Source: a virus
Taxonomy: Duplodnaviria; Heunggongvirae; Uroviricota; Caudoviricetes
Strand: one strand, 5' to 3'
Length of the DNA stretch: 64,000 nt
Virus record (IMG/VR): IMGVR_UViG_2839610755_000002
Part shown: positions 56,427 to 64,000 of the stretch, piece by piece
Numbering within the stretch: the stretch's first letter is position 1
Layout of the letters: each line of letters starts with the position of its first letter
Notes under the pieces: generated by a model
Database searches by the model: none
Told to the model about the DNA's origin: nothing
The model's input: the letters and a program-made list of their open reading frames with translations, nothing else
Translations under genes and position numbers: made by a program

Positions 56427-56775
56427 GTTGTAACCCTTGAATATCAACCACAGAAAGCTCGTCTTTGTAGAAAAAGGCCAGGTTGTGGCACCCCCTCGTT
56501 TGAGCGTATGAGCTGGGACCAATTTCGTTCTTCCAGACAAATGGCTTCAAATCCGTACGGCGAAGCATAAAAACGCGATTTATTCCGCTCTGATTCCCAA
56601 TGAGGCAAAAGCCTTCTTTCACCTTGATAGCCTGCAAGTTGTCGAGTTCACCGCTGGTTACACGGCTATCGAACTCTTTGCGGCTTATTAGCTCCATCTG
56701 CATCTGACGACTCCAAACAAATGCCCATTGAAGGGCGATGGCTGAATGGTACCGAAAATACGACATAAAAAACAA
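56419..56775 (-). CDS. Uhr-like small protein (upstream of hrdC)
   Basis: 118-aa ORF with alternative start; first gene after the operator-like site at 56775. Confidence 0.35.
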   Translation of the reverse strand: MFFMSYFRYHSAIALQWAFVWSRQMQMELISRKEFDSRVTSGELDNLQAIKVKEGFCLIGNQSGINRVFMLRRTDLKPFVWKNEIGPSSYAQTRGCHNLAFFYKDELSVVDIQGLQHV

Positions 56776-56791
56776 TATTTATTAGAGCAAT
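56775..56791. promoter_or_regulatory. C1 operator-like site upstream of the uhr-hrdC-dmt operon
   Basis: ATATTTATTAGAGCAAT, 16/17 match. Confidence 0.6.
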
Positions 56792-56872
56792 TTTGCGATA
56801 AGTAAACGCCATACAGACCACAAATAACCTAAGTTAAAATAACGAAAATCAGAGCAAATAATTGGTGATGGC

Positions 56873-57157
56873 GTGGCAAGCATTGCAACAAAAGACAGCA
56901 TTTGTTCGGGGCACGGAGGATTCCCATCCAGGCCTCCTGTAGAGAGTGAACCACTACTTAAAGTCAACGGAGTCGAAGTGTTAGTTGATGGTAAGCAATA
57001 TGCACAGCATACCGATGGAAACAGTACGCACGGTGGGCAAGCTATATCAACCAGGGCATGGTTTACCGTCAATGGTAAAGGGATCGTATGCGTTGGTGAC
57101 CCTGTTTCATGCGGATCTACCGTAGCGTCCGGAGACGGCCTGGTTCAGGTAAGTTAG
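56873..57157 (+). CDS. PAAR-like repeat protein
   Basis: ICSGHGG, STHGG and CVGDPVSCGSTV motifs typical of PAAR-type spike-tip proteins; start codon uncertain. Confidence 0.45.
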   Translation: MASIATKDSICSGHGGFPSRPPVESEPLLKVNGVEVLVDGKQYAQHTDGNSTHGGQAISTRAWFTVNGKGIVCVGDPVSCGSTVASGDGLVQVS

Positions 57158-57165
57158 GAGATATC

Positions 57166-57954
57166 ATGCTGGAAAAAGACTACCAGTTATCCGCATATAA
57201 AAAATTGGCCGCCGCCGGTGGGATGAAAACACCTGGTGCCATAACATCGGCACGAAACAGTGCTAACACAGCAAAACTGCTTGCAGAAGAATTGACCGGA
57301 TTAATTCTGGATACAATTGTCTATCCCGACACTATTACCAGCTATGTTTCAACGATCAGAACAACCACAACCGGCTTAACGAACATTGGAGAACTGGCAA
57401 CTAAGCACGCGGACCTGTTGGCTGGTTATGCAGATCTGTCAATGCTGCTTCAACTCGATATTGGTTGGGATGTTTACTGCCGTGCTAATGAGCGAGAAGT
57501 TTCAGAACTGCCGATCTCTATTGCCATTGGTGATGTGAATATTACTAAATCGCTTGAGGACGCTGTTAACGCGCTTAATACATCAAGTTTAGTCGCTGCA
57601 ATGGGGGAGATTAACCAGGCCCTTAACACTGGCTCAGAAAGCTCGTCAGGCTCTGGTTCAGGCGGCGGCACTGCCACTCCCCCACCAGCACTAACAGAAG
57701 AGCAAATTGAATCTCTGAAAGTAGCAACTGAACAGTTTGGGGTTGTTTTCAACCAGACAACAGCACCCACAACTGCGTTACAACAGCAGTATGAACGAGC
57801 GAATGAAAGCGCCAACGTAGCCATAACTGCTTATAACCATGCTATCGGTACCGCGCTTGCGGAAGCATCAGCAAATAAGGCCAGCACAGCCAGCGCAGTC
57901 GCCGCTTTGGTTCCTGATTCTGTTCTTGATGAATTAAACAAAGCGGCACGGTAA
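57166..57954 (+). CDS. hypothetical protein with Ser/Gly-rich linker
   Basis: Internal start MLEKDYQL preceded by AGGAG; track ORF 57109..57954. Confidence 0.4.
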   Translation: MLEKDYQLSAYKKLAAAGGMKTPGAITSARNSANTAKLLAEELTGLILDTIVYPDTITSYVSTIRTTTTGLTNIGELATKHADLLAGYADLSMLLQLDIGWDVYCRANEREVSELPISIAIGDVNITKSLEDAVNALNTSSLVAAMGEINQALNTGSESSSGSGSGGGTATPPPALTEEQIESLKVATEQFGVVFNQTTAPTTALQQQYERANESANVAITAYNHAIGTALAEASANKASTASAVAALVPDSVLDELNKAAR

Positions 57955-57993
57955 CAAAGGACTTCATTGATAATTTTTCTTCAGGAGGAAGAC

Positions 57994-58154
57994 ATGTCAT
58001 TCTTTTCTACGTTAAAAACAGCTTTGTCTTTGAAGGAGAAACTTGCTGCTACTGGTGTTCTTGTTCTGATTTGCGCACTTGTTGGTGCTGGGTTTGCATG
58101 GGAACGTCATCAGCTAAAGCAAGCCATGGAGAAAATTGGCAGTCTTGATCAGGC
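57994..58154 (+). pseudogene. 5' fragment of a transmembrane/coiled-coil gene interrupted by IS copy 2
   Basis: MSFFSTLKTALSLKEKLAATGVLVLICALVGAGFAW... with AGGAGG upstream; the frame runs into the IS. The same frame resumes after the IS (about 59468-59654). Confidence 0.45.
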
Positions 58155-58196
58155 TGAACCGCCCCGGGTTTCCTGGAGAGTGTTTTATCTGTGAAC

Positions 58197-59087
58197 TCAG
58201 GCTGCCAGATCATCGTTTCCGATGGAAGCATAATAAGCTTTTTCTGCTTCTGCCGGAGGAGTATGGCCCAGCCTTCCCAGCAATCGTCGATTGTTATACC
58301 AGTCCACCCACGTTAGTGTGGCCAGTTCCACTTCTGCACGGTTTTTCCAGCTCTTACGGTGTATTACCTCCGCTTTGTAAAGACCATTGATGCTCTCAGC
58401 CATCGCGTTGTCATACGAGTCGCCTGTACTCCCTGTTGATGCCAGTAATCCGGCTTCTTTTAGTCGCTCCGTATAGGCCAGTGACACATACTGAGAGCCT
58501 TTATCGCTGTGATGGATGGTGCCAGACGGACGACGGGCCCACAACGCCTGCTCCAGCGCATCCAGCACGAATGTCGTTTCCATAGACGATGAGACCCGCC
58601 ACCCCACGATGTATCCGGCAAACACATCAATGATAAACGCCACATAGACGAAGCCCTGCCATGTGCTGACGTAAGTAAAATCAGCCACCCACAGCTGGTC
58701 AGGTCGTTCTGCCACGAACTGACGGTTTACGCGGTCGCCTGCGGCAACGGCTTTCCGGCTGATGGTCGTACGGACCTTTTTACCCCGGAGAACACCGGCA
58801 AGTCCCATAACCGCCATGAGACGTGCCACTGTACATCTGGCCACCCTGATTCCTTCCCGTAACAACTGACGCCAGACTTTACGCACACCGTACACCTGAT
58901 GATTTTCATCGTATACGCGCTGTATCTCTCTCTTCAGCCAGTCGTCGTGCTGCGCACGGGCACTGCGTTTATCCGGATGATGTCGCTGTTGCTGACAATG
59001 GTAATACGTTGACGGGGCAATATGCAGTTCGCTGCATACCGGTCCGACCCCGTACTGCTCACGCAGCTTATCCAGCAGTGGCATCAT
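58197..59087 (-). CDS. IS3-family transposase OrfB
   Basis: Identical to the 41784..42674 protein. Confidence 0.85.
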   Translation of the reverse strand: MMPLLDKLREQYGVGPVCSELHIAPSTYYHCQQQRHHPDKRSARAQHDDWLKREIQRVYDENHQVYGVRKVWRQLLREGIRVARCTVARLMAVMGLAGVLRGKKVRTTISRKAVAAGDRVNRQFVAERPDQLWVADFTYVSTWQGFVYVAFIIDVFAGYIVGWRVSSSMETTFVLDALEQALWARRPSGTIHHSDKGSQYVSLAYTERLKEAGLLASTGSTGDSYDNAMAESINGLYKAEVIHRKSWKNRAEVELATLTWVDWYNNRRLLGRLGHTPPAEAEKAYYASIGNDDLAA

Positions 59088-59410
59088 TTTTTCCAGAGGC
59101 GGTCGAACTCCGCCTTCGCAAAATAAGCGGAAGCCTGGCGAAGGATATCGTTACTGCGGCGCAGTTCACGATTTTCACGTTCCAGCTCTTTCAGACGCTG
59201 ACGTTCAGCGCTGGTGAGCCCACCATCACCGCCCCCGGTATCCCGCTCATGCTGGCGAACCCAGACACGCAGAGTCTCCGGCGTACAGCCAATCTTTGGG
59301 GCAATGGAACAAATTGCCGCCCACTGTGAGTCATATTCATCCTGACTTTCCAGAACCATACGAATCGCCCGCTGACGGACTTCGGGGGAAAAACGAGTAT
59401 TTTTAGTCAT
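59084..59410 (-). CDS. IS3-family transposase OrfA
   Basis: Identical to the 41461..41787 protein. Confidence 0.85.
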   Translation of the reverse strand: MTKNTRFSPEVRQRAIRMVLESQDEYDSQWAAICSIAPKIGCTPETLRVWVRQHERDTGGGDGGLTSAERQRLKELERENRELRRSNDILRQASAYFAKAEFDRLWKK

Positions 59411-59562
59411 CCTGTTTACCTCTTTCTCAGGGAGTTTAGTCTCCAGGATTTCCGGGGCGGTTCAGGCTGTTAAGGAACGTGATAAGTCAATAATGGATCT
59501 TAACCAGACCATTGAGACGATGAACAAAGCAGAGCAACATTTTCACAGCCAGGAAGTGAAAA

Positions 59563-59895
59563 ATGAATCAGAACAAGCCAAATATGCTGACAGGCAAATG
59601 GAACGAAAAGCTGAAGTTCAGAAACAACTGGTTGCGGCGGGTAATGTTCGCTAGCGCATTCCTGCTGACACTCAGCGGTTGCTCCGGGAGTCGATCAGCG
59701 AATTTAACGCCGACGCCGACAAAGGTTAACCACCCTGCCCCCAAAAGTGCGTTTATGTGCAGGATGCCAGAGTTTAGCAGTGAATATTTTGATGATCTGC
59801 CAGCGTATATCCTCGATACAGAAACGATGCTGATGGGGATTAACAGGAAGAATCGCAACGTTAATGATTACAACCGCGCTATCAGCGGTAACTAA
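59563..59895 (+). CDS. lipoprotein (Mlp-like); likely start at internal Met about 59644
   Basis: MFASAFLLTLSGC lipobox followed by a Pro/Thr-rich segment; overlaps the 3' end of the IS-interrupted upstream gene. Confidence 0.5.
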   Translation: MNQNKPNMLTGKWNEKLKFRNNWLRRVMFASAFLLTLSGCSGSRSANLTPTPTKVNHPAPKSAFMCRMPEFSSEYFDDLPAYILDTETMLMGINRKNRNVNDYNRAISGN

Positions 59896-59906
59896 AAGGG
59901 ATTTTT

Positions 59907-60299
59907 ATGTCTGATAAAGTAACAGTAAAGCAAACTATCAACAAAGCGACTTCAATCTACAAAATTGAGCACATCACTGTTGGCAAGCCAGGATCTGAAC
60001 AATACCGTCATGCTTTCGAGCTTGCCGATCAGCTTGGTTTAAAACACCCGGATTGCATCGAGCATGTATTTCCGACCTATGCTGATGAGCAATGTACTCA
60101 TGTTCTTACCGAAGAGGATTTTTTCAGCACTGAAGAACGAGAAGGCGTTGATCGCTGCATTGGTGTGATTTGCTCTTCAGTGAGTTATGAGTTATTCCCT
60201 AATGTCCATGAAAATGGTGGTATTGGATACCAATTCCTGTACGAAGGCGATGAGCTTAAATGTTATGAACATGGTCTTCTTATCGAAAGCGTAGAATAA
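59907..60299 (+). CDS. hypothetical protein
   Basis: 130-aa ORF followed by a stem-loop and the oriR elements. Confidence 0.4.
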   Translation: MSDKVTVKQTINKATSIYKIEHITVGKPGSEQYRHAFELADQLGLKHPDCIEHVFPTYADEQCTHVLTEEDFFSTEEREGVDRCIGVICSSVSYELFPNVHENGGIGYQFLYEGDELKCYEHGLLIESVE

Positions 60300-60312
60300 T
60301 ACCCTTCCTTCC

Positions 60313-60337
60313 AACCGGCTATGTTGGCCGGTTTATT
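60313..60337 (+). terminator. stem-loop CCGGC-tatgtt-GCCGG then TTTATT
   Basis: After the 59907..60299 stop. Confidence 0.4.
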
Positions 60338-60341
60338 CAAC

Positions 60342-60350
60342 TTATCCACA
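60342..60350. promoter_or_regulatory. DnaA box TTATCCACA (oriR)
   Basis: Perfect 9-mer DnaA box adjacent to a GATC cluster and iterons. Confidence 0.65.
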
Positions 60351-60355
60351 GCATA

Positions 60356-60412
60356 GATCCAATAAACAGATCCTAAAGAGAACCCAGGAAGATCCAAAGA
60401 AGATCCCGGATC
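60356..60412. repeat. cluster of five GATC (Dam) sites in AGATCC-type short repeats (oriR)
   Basis: GATC at about 60356, 60369, 60391, 60402 and 60409. Confidence 0.65.
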
Positions 60413-60451
60413 GCTGTAAGCCGCGCCATTTCTGGCCTGAAATGGGATCAA

Positions 60452-60557
60452 CATTGACTATACGCGATTTTATGTTGACTGTGCACGATTTATTGTTGAC
60501 TGCACGCGATTTATTGTTGACTATATGCGACAGAAACATTGACTGTACGCGATTTTA
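60452..60557. repeat. incC: five direct iterons (TTGACTRYRCGCGATTT-like, about 21-bp period) upstream of repA
   Basis: TTGACTATACGCGATT, TTGACTGTGCACGATT, TTGACTGCACGCGATT, TTGACTATATGCGACA, TTGACTGTACGCGATT. Confidence 0.8.
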
Positions 60558-60632
60558 GAGCCTGACTATTCACAGTTGTTGATAACTGCAATCCAGATGA
60601 CGCCAGGCCGCGCCACATATGGAGAAACCACG

Positions 60633-61517
60633 ATGCTGGAAGAAAATAAAGGCTTCCTTAGCGTTGAAGAAGTTGCAGGAAATACAGGAGAAATCCACAG
60701 CCTGAAACCCAATAACAATAGCACTATACAACCCATTGCTTTGTTGCGCTTAGGTGTGTTTGTGCCAACCTTAAAATCTACCAATGTGGCACTACGTCGC
60801 GGATCGTCAGTTACTACAAACACAACGAACGCAACCGAAGAACTATCAAGCCTCAAAATTGTTGAGCAGGAAGGCTATGAGGGAATTGAAATTCATGGTC
60901 CACGCCTGGATATGGATACTGATTTTAAGGTGTGGGTGGGCATAACCTCCGCGTTGTTTGACTACGCACCTGATGATGACGGCATAATCACCCTGCCATT
61001 CTCCGAGTTTGCCGATCGATGCGGCTATCCACGTAAGCGCCTTTCAAAGGCGTTCCGTAAAAGTATTGATGACTCTCTGACACGCATTCAGCAGACAGTT
61101 GTCAAATTCCGCTTCCCGGCGGCAAAAGGTCATCTCAATAACATTAACGTCAACTTGTTGGCATATAGCAGCCTGAATACCGAGCTTGATGTTATCGAGA
61201 TCCAGCCGCAGAAACAGCTATCTGAACTTTACTATGTTGACTATAAGCGAATCCTGAAGCTGAAGATGCTGGATAAGCTCGGGCGCAAAGAGACGGCCAA
61301 GGTACTGTATACATTCTTTGAGGCTCTACCCGCCAACCCGGCACCTGTCAGCATTGAGCGCCTTAGAGCAAGGCTTAATCTCAAATCATCCGTTAGCGTG
61401 CAAAATAGCGTTATCAGAAAAGCCATGAAAGATTTGGAAGCTATTGAATATCTTAAATTTTCAGAGATAAAAAACGGCAGGAAAATCGGCTTTCAGATCC
61501 ATAAGCGCAATCCATAA
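60633..61517 (+). CDS. repA: RepA plasmid replication initiator (P1 R-replicon type)
   Basis: Start MLEENKGF after GGAGA; TIQPIALLRLGVFVP, GPRLDMDTDFKVW and LYTFFEALPANPAPVSIERLRARLNLKS resemble recalled P1 RepA. Confidence 0.85.
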   Translation: MLEENKGFLSVEEVAGNTGEIHSLKPNNNSTIQPIALLRLGVFVPTLKSTNVALRRGSSVTTNTTNATEELSSLKIVEQEGYEGIEIHGPRLDMDTDFKVWVGITSALFDYAPDDDGIITLPFSEFADRCGYPRKRLSKAFRKSIDDSLTRIQQTVVKFRFPAAKGHLNNINVNLLAYSSLNTELDVIEIQPQKQLSELYYVDYKRILKLKMLDKLGRKETAKVLYTFFEALPANPAPVSIERLRARLNLKSSVSVQNSVIRKAMKDLEAIEYLKFSEIKNGRKIGFQIHKRNP

Positions 61518-61776
61518 TATTGACTATATGCGATAGCGAGAAGTTGACTATAGGCGACATTCGTTGACGCTGGTGGATTTTTGCTGGCGTCAATATTCTG
61601 CAAGTCGCTATTGAGATGGCTTTTAGGGTCATTTCATCGCGTATAGTCAACGTTTCTCCCGACAATATCTTACATAGTCGATCTTTGGTGGAGTTAAATC
61701 GACTACAGTCAACTTTTGACTGTAGTCACATCGCGCATAGTCAACTATTCACATTAACTTTCGCGCATAGTCAACA
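61518..61776. repeat. incA: about 8-9 iterons in both orientations downstream of repA
   Basis: Repeated TTGACTATATGCGAT / ATCGCGCATAGTCAA-type units. Confidence 0.75.
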
Positions 61777-61809
61777 TTTGCGCGGTTCTCATCAAGCAGT
61801 GGTATTGAT

Positions 61810-62145
61810 ATGCAAGAAGAGAAACAACACTACCTCTACGTTCTGGTGCCGGAGAACGGAGATACTTTTAAAATCGGCATTTCATGTGGTCCATTGGCAC
61901 GGTTTAAAGGGCTACAAGTGAGTCCCGATTTTGCGCTTTCACGGGTCTATCGTGGTACGCGTTTGGCAATGGTTAATCTTGAGCGGGCTTTACACGCAAC
62001 CTTTTTCCCCTGGAATGCGCCGTGGGAGAAAAGCGCCGGTGGCGGGCATACTGAATGGTTTACACGAGAGTGTCTTGATAAGGTTTTGGCTCATATCGAA
62101 TATCTAAATGATATGTGGGGAGGGATTCTCGAGCGCATTAAGTAG
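61810..62145 (+). CDS. T5orf172/GIY-YIG-like small protein
   Basis: YLYVLVPENGDTFKIGIS and GGGHTEWF resemble the T5orf172 domain pattern (recalled). Confidence 0.4.
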   Translation: MQEEKQHYLYVLVPENGDTFKIGISCGPLARFKGLQVSPDFALSRVYRGTRLAMVNLERALHATFFPWNAPWEKSAGGGHTEWFTRECLDKVLAHIEYLNDMWGGILERIK

Positions 62146-62214
62146 AATGATTTACTTCAGCGTCCAGTAGATGCTGCTCGCTCTTTCGAAAAAGAACTGG
62201 ATGTTACTTCTATC

Positions 62215-62619
62215 GTGACTTTCAAAGATGACGCAGGAATGAGGGACGTGGCTTATGTCTCCATATCTGGCTATGAACCGGACGCGATCCGCGCTCAATG
62301 TGAATTGCTGAAAGCAATGTTTATGCTTCGGACTAAATATCCCTGGGAGACAGGGCGGGTGTGCTTCCCTATGGAAGAGTTAACCGCCACCATTGATTCT
62401 CAGCTTTACCACGATAATCCAGAGAAGTTTTTTAGCCTTTTAGCCGGTAATGGGCTTAACTGTGTGTCCGGGCTGGGGCGAAGTAGAATCCAACATGCCT
62501 CGCTCTTCGGTCCCTTCTTTTACGATCGACACGGGTACTTTGAGGCTGAACTTCCGGCGCTTACGCGTGCTATAGATACTATCGATTTCGAACGATTATT
62601 CGCTGCTCTTAGCAAATAA
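62215..62619 (+). CDS. hypothetical protein
   Basis: 134-aa ORF followed by a clear intrinsic terminator. Confidence 0.4.
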   Translation: MTFKDDAGMRDVAYVSISGYEPDAIRAQCELLKAMFMLRTKYPWETGRVCFPMEELTATIDSQLYHDNPEKFFSLLAGNGLNCVSGLGRSRIQHASLFGPFFYDRHGYFEAELPALTRAIDTIDFERLFAALSK

Positions 62620-62626
62620 CACTGAT

Positions 62627-62648
62627 GCCCCTGAACGGGGCTTTTTTG
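62627..62648 (+). terminator. intrinsic terminator GCCCC-tgaac-GGGGC then TTTTTTG
   Basis: GC stem with T-run directly after the 62215..62619 stop. Confidence 0.6.
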
Positions 62649-62735
62649 TGCCTTTCTTGTAACTCTCAATCGTGCAAAATGAACAAAACATGCAGAGAAT
62701 GCCATGTACAAGCATCTACGCATACATTATTATTT

Positions 62736-62773
62736 TATGCAGCATTTTTAATTAAATTCAAAAATACAGCATA
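62736..62773. promoter_or_regulatory. parA promoter-operator imperfect palindrome (TATGCAGCATTTTT ... AAAAATACAGCATA)
   Basis: 14-bp arms matching 12/14 around an AT-rich centre, 15 bp upstream of parA. Confidence 0.5.
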
Positions 62774-62787
62774 AAGGATGACTTTCG

Positions 62788-63984
62788 ATGAGTGATTCCA
62801 GCCAGCTTCACAAGGTTGCTCAAAGAGCAAACAGAATGCTCAATGTTCTGACTGAACAAGTACAGTTGCAAAAGGATGAGCTACACGCGAACGAGTTTTA
62901 CCAGGTCTATGCGAAAGCGGCACTGGCAAAATTGCCTCTACTGACTCGAGCGAACGTTGACTATGCCGTAAGTGAAATGGAAGAAAAGGGTTATGTTTTC
63001 GATAAACGCCCTGCTGGCTCTTCAATGAAATATGCGATGTCAATTCAGAACATCATTGACATATATGAACATCGCGGAGTGCCAAAATACCGGGATCGCT
63101 ACAGCGAAGCGTATGTGATTTTCATCTCCAATCTTAAAGGCGGTGTGTCAAAAACTGTATCGACGGTTTCTCTGGCGCATGCAATGCGTGCTCACCCTCA
63201 TCTTCTGATGGAAGATTTAAGGATTCTGGTTATTGACCTTGATCCGCAATCTTCAGCAACGATGTTTTTAAGCCATAAACACTCTATTGGTATCGTAAAC
63301 GCAACATCTGCACAGGCTATGTTGCAGAATGTAAGCCGTGAAGAGCTGTTAGAGGAGTTTATTGTTCCTTCTGTTGTACCTGGGGTTGACGTTATGCCTG
63401 CGTCGATTGACGATGCCTTTATTGCATCCGATTGGAGAGAGCTGTGCAATGAGCATCTACCGGGTCAGAACATCCATGCTGTCCTGAAAGAAAATGTGAT
63501 TGATAAGCTGAAGAGCGATTATGACTTTATCCTCGTTGATAGTGGTCCTCACCTTGACGCCTTCCTGAAAAATGCTTTGGCCTCGGCCAATATACTGTTT
63601 ACACCTCTGCCGCCAGCAACTGTCGATTTCCACTCATCGCTTAAATACGTTGCCCGCCTTCCTGAGTTGGTGAAACTCATTTCGGATGAAGGCTGCGAGT
63701 GCCAGCTTGCGACTAACATTGGTTTTATGTCCAAGTTGAGTAACAAGGCAGATCATAAGTATTGCCATAGCCTGGCTAAAGAAGTGTTCGGTGGGGATAT
63801 GCTCGATGTCGTCCTCCCTCGCCTTGACGGTTTTGAACGTTGCGGCGAGTCTTTTGACACTGTTATTTCAGCTAACCCGGCAACGTATGTTGGTAGTGCT
63901 GATGCATTGAAGAACGCGCGAATTGCCGCGGAAGATTTTGCTAAAGCAGTTTTTGACCGTATTGAATTTATCAGATCTAACTGA
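62788..63984 (+). CDS. parA: ParA partition ATPase
   Basis: 398 aa with deviant Walker A ISNLKGGVSKTVSTVSLAH; size and position match P1 ParA (recalled). Confidence 0.88.
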   Translation: MSDSSQLHKVAQRANRMLNVLTEQVQLQKDELHANEFYQVYAKAALAKLPLLTRANVDYAVSEMEEKGYVFDKRPAGSSMKYAMSIQNIIDIYEHRGVPKYRDRYSEAYVIFISNLKGGVSKTVSTVSLAHAMRAHPHLLMEDLRILVIDLDPQSSATMFLSHKHSIGIVNATSAQAMLQNVSREELLEEFIVPSVVPGVDVMPASIDDAFIASDWRELCNEHLPGQNIHAVLKENVIDKLKSDYDFILVDSGPHLDAFLKNALASANILFTPLPPATVDFHSSLKYVARLPELVKLISDEGCECQLATNIGFMSKLSNKADHKYCHSLAKEVFGGDMLDVVLPRLDGFERCGESFDTVISANPATYVGSADALKNARIAAEDFAKAVFDRIEFIRSN

Positions 63985-64000
63985 GGAGTAAGAAACCCCC

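Larger units (their letters stand above)
58155..59464 (-). mobile_element. IS3-family insertion sequence, IS629/IS1203-like, copy 2 (1310 bp, GGC target duplication), inverted relative to copy 1
   Basis: Encoded OrfA/OrfB identical to copy 1; same terminal repeats; flanked by GGC on both sides. Confidence 0.85.

Noticed and set aside
60452-60557. Five evenly spaced direct repeats that look superficially like a small CRISPR array
   Set aside because: Repeat units are about 16-19 bp with only 2-5 bp between them (about 21-bp period), sit immediately upstream of a RepA-like gene with inverted copies downstream and a DnaA box plus GATC cluster beside them. These are replication iterons (incC/incA), not a CRISPR array.

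Overview
This window is a P1-like phage-plasmid segment, reverse-complemented relative to the conventional P1 map and running through the map origin (loxP). Everything below was worked out by hand from the sequence and the ORF track; comparisons to P1 proteins are from memory and no search was run. CDS coordinates are anchored on the ORF track; hand-placed sites (operators, tRNAs, terminators, repeats) may be off by 1-2 nt. Gene order: partial lyz-like end, pro, prt, darB (split by a frameshift), ulx, lxc, an AT-rich PIN-like gene where P1 carries res/mod, mat-like, ref, cra, cre, loxP, coi, c1, an operator-icd-ant-like module, pacB, pacA with the pac site, lpa, pdc-like genes, doc/phd, humD with a LexA box, hot, about 16 kb of small accessory genes (Ppp phosphatase, VRR-NUC, Ea22-like paralogs, DUF550/551-like, HAD phosphatase), IS629-like copy 1, baseplate-like genes, a second operator-icd-ant-like module, a glycosyltransferase, ban, tRNA-Ile(CAU), plp/upl-like, tRNA-Thr / a class II Tyr-like tRNA / tRNA-Asn, dmt, hrdC/uhr, a PAAR-like gene, IS629-like copy 2, mlp, oriR-incC-repA-incA and parA. 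At least 14 C1-operator-like sites are scattered through the window. The most interesting observations are: (1) a 341-aa LAGLIDADG-type intein exactly at the catalytic Pro-Cys motif of the Dmt C5-methyltransferase domain; (2) a single AT-rich PIN-like gene in the slot where P1 has res/mod, a candidate stand-alone defence gene; (3) two heterologous icd/ant-like modules, one apparently frameshifted; (4) two inverted IS629-like copies that each disrupt a gene and bracket the ban-tRNA-dmt segment; (5) a frameshift in darB at a C6 tract.
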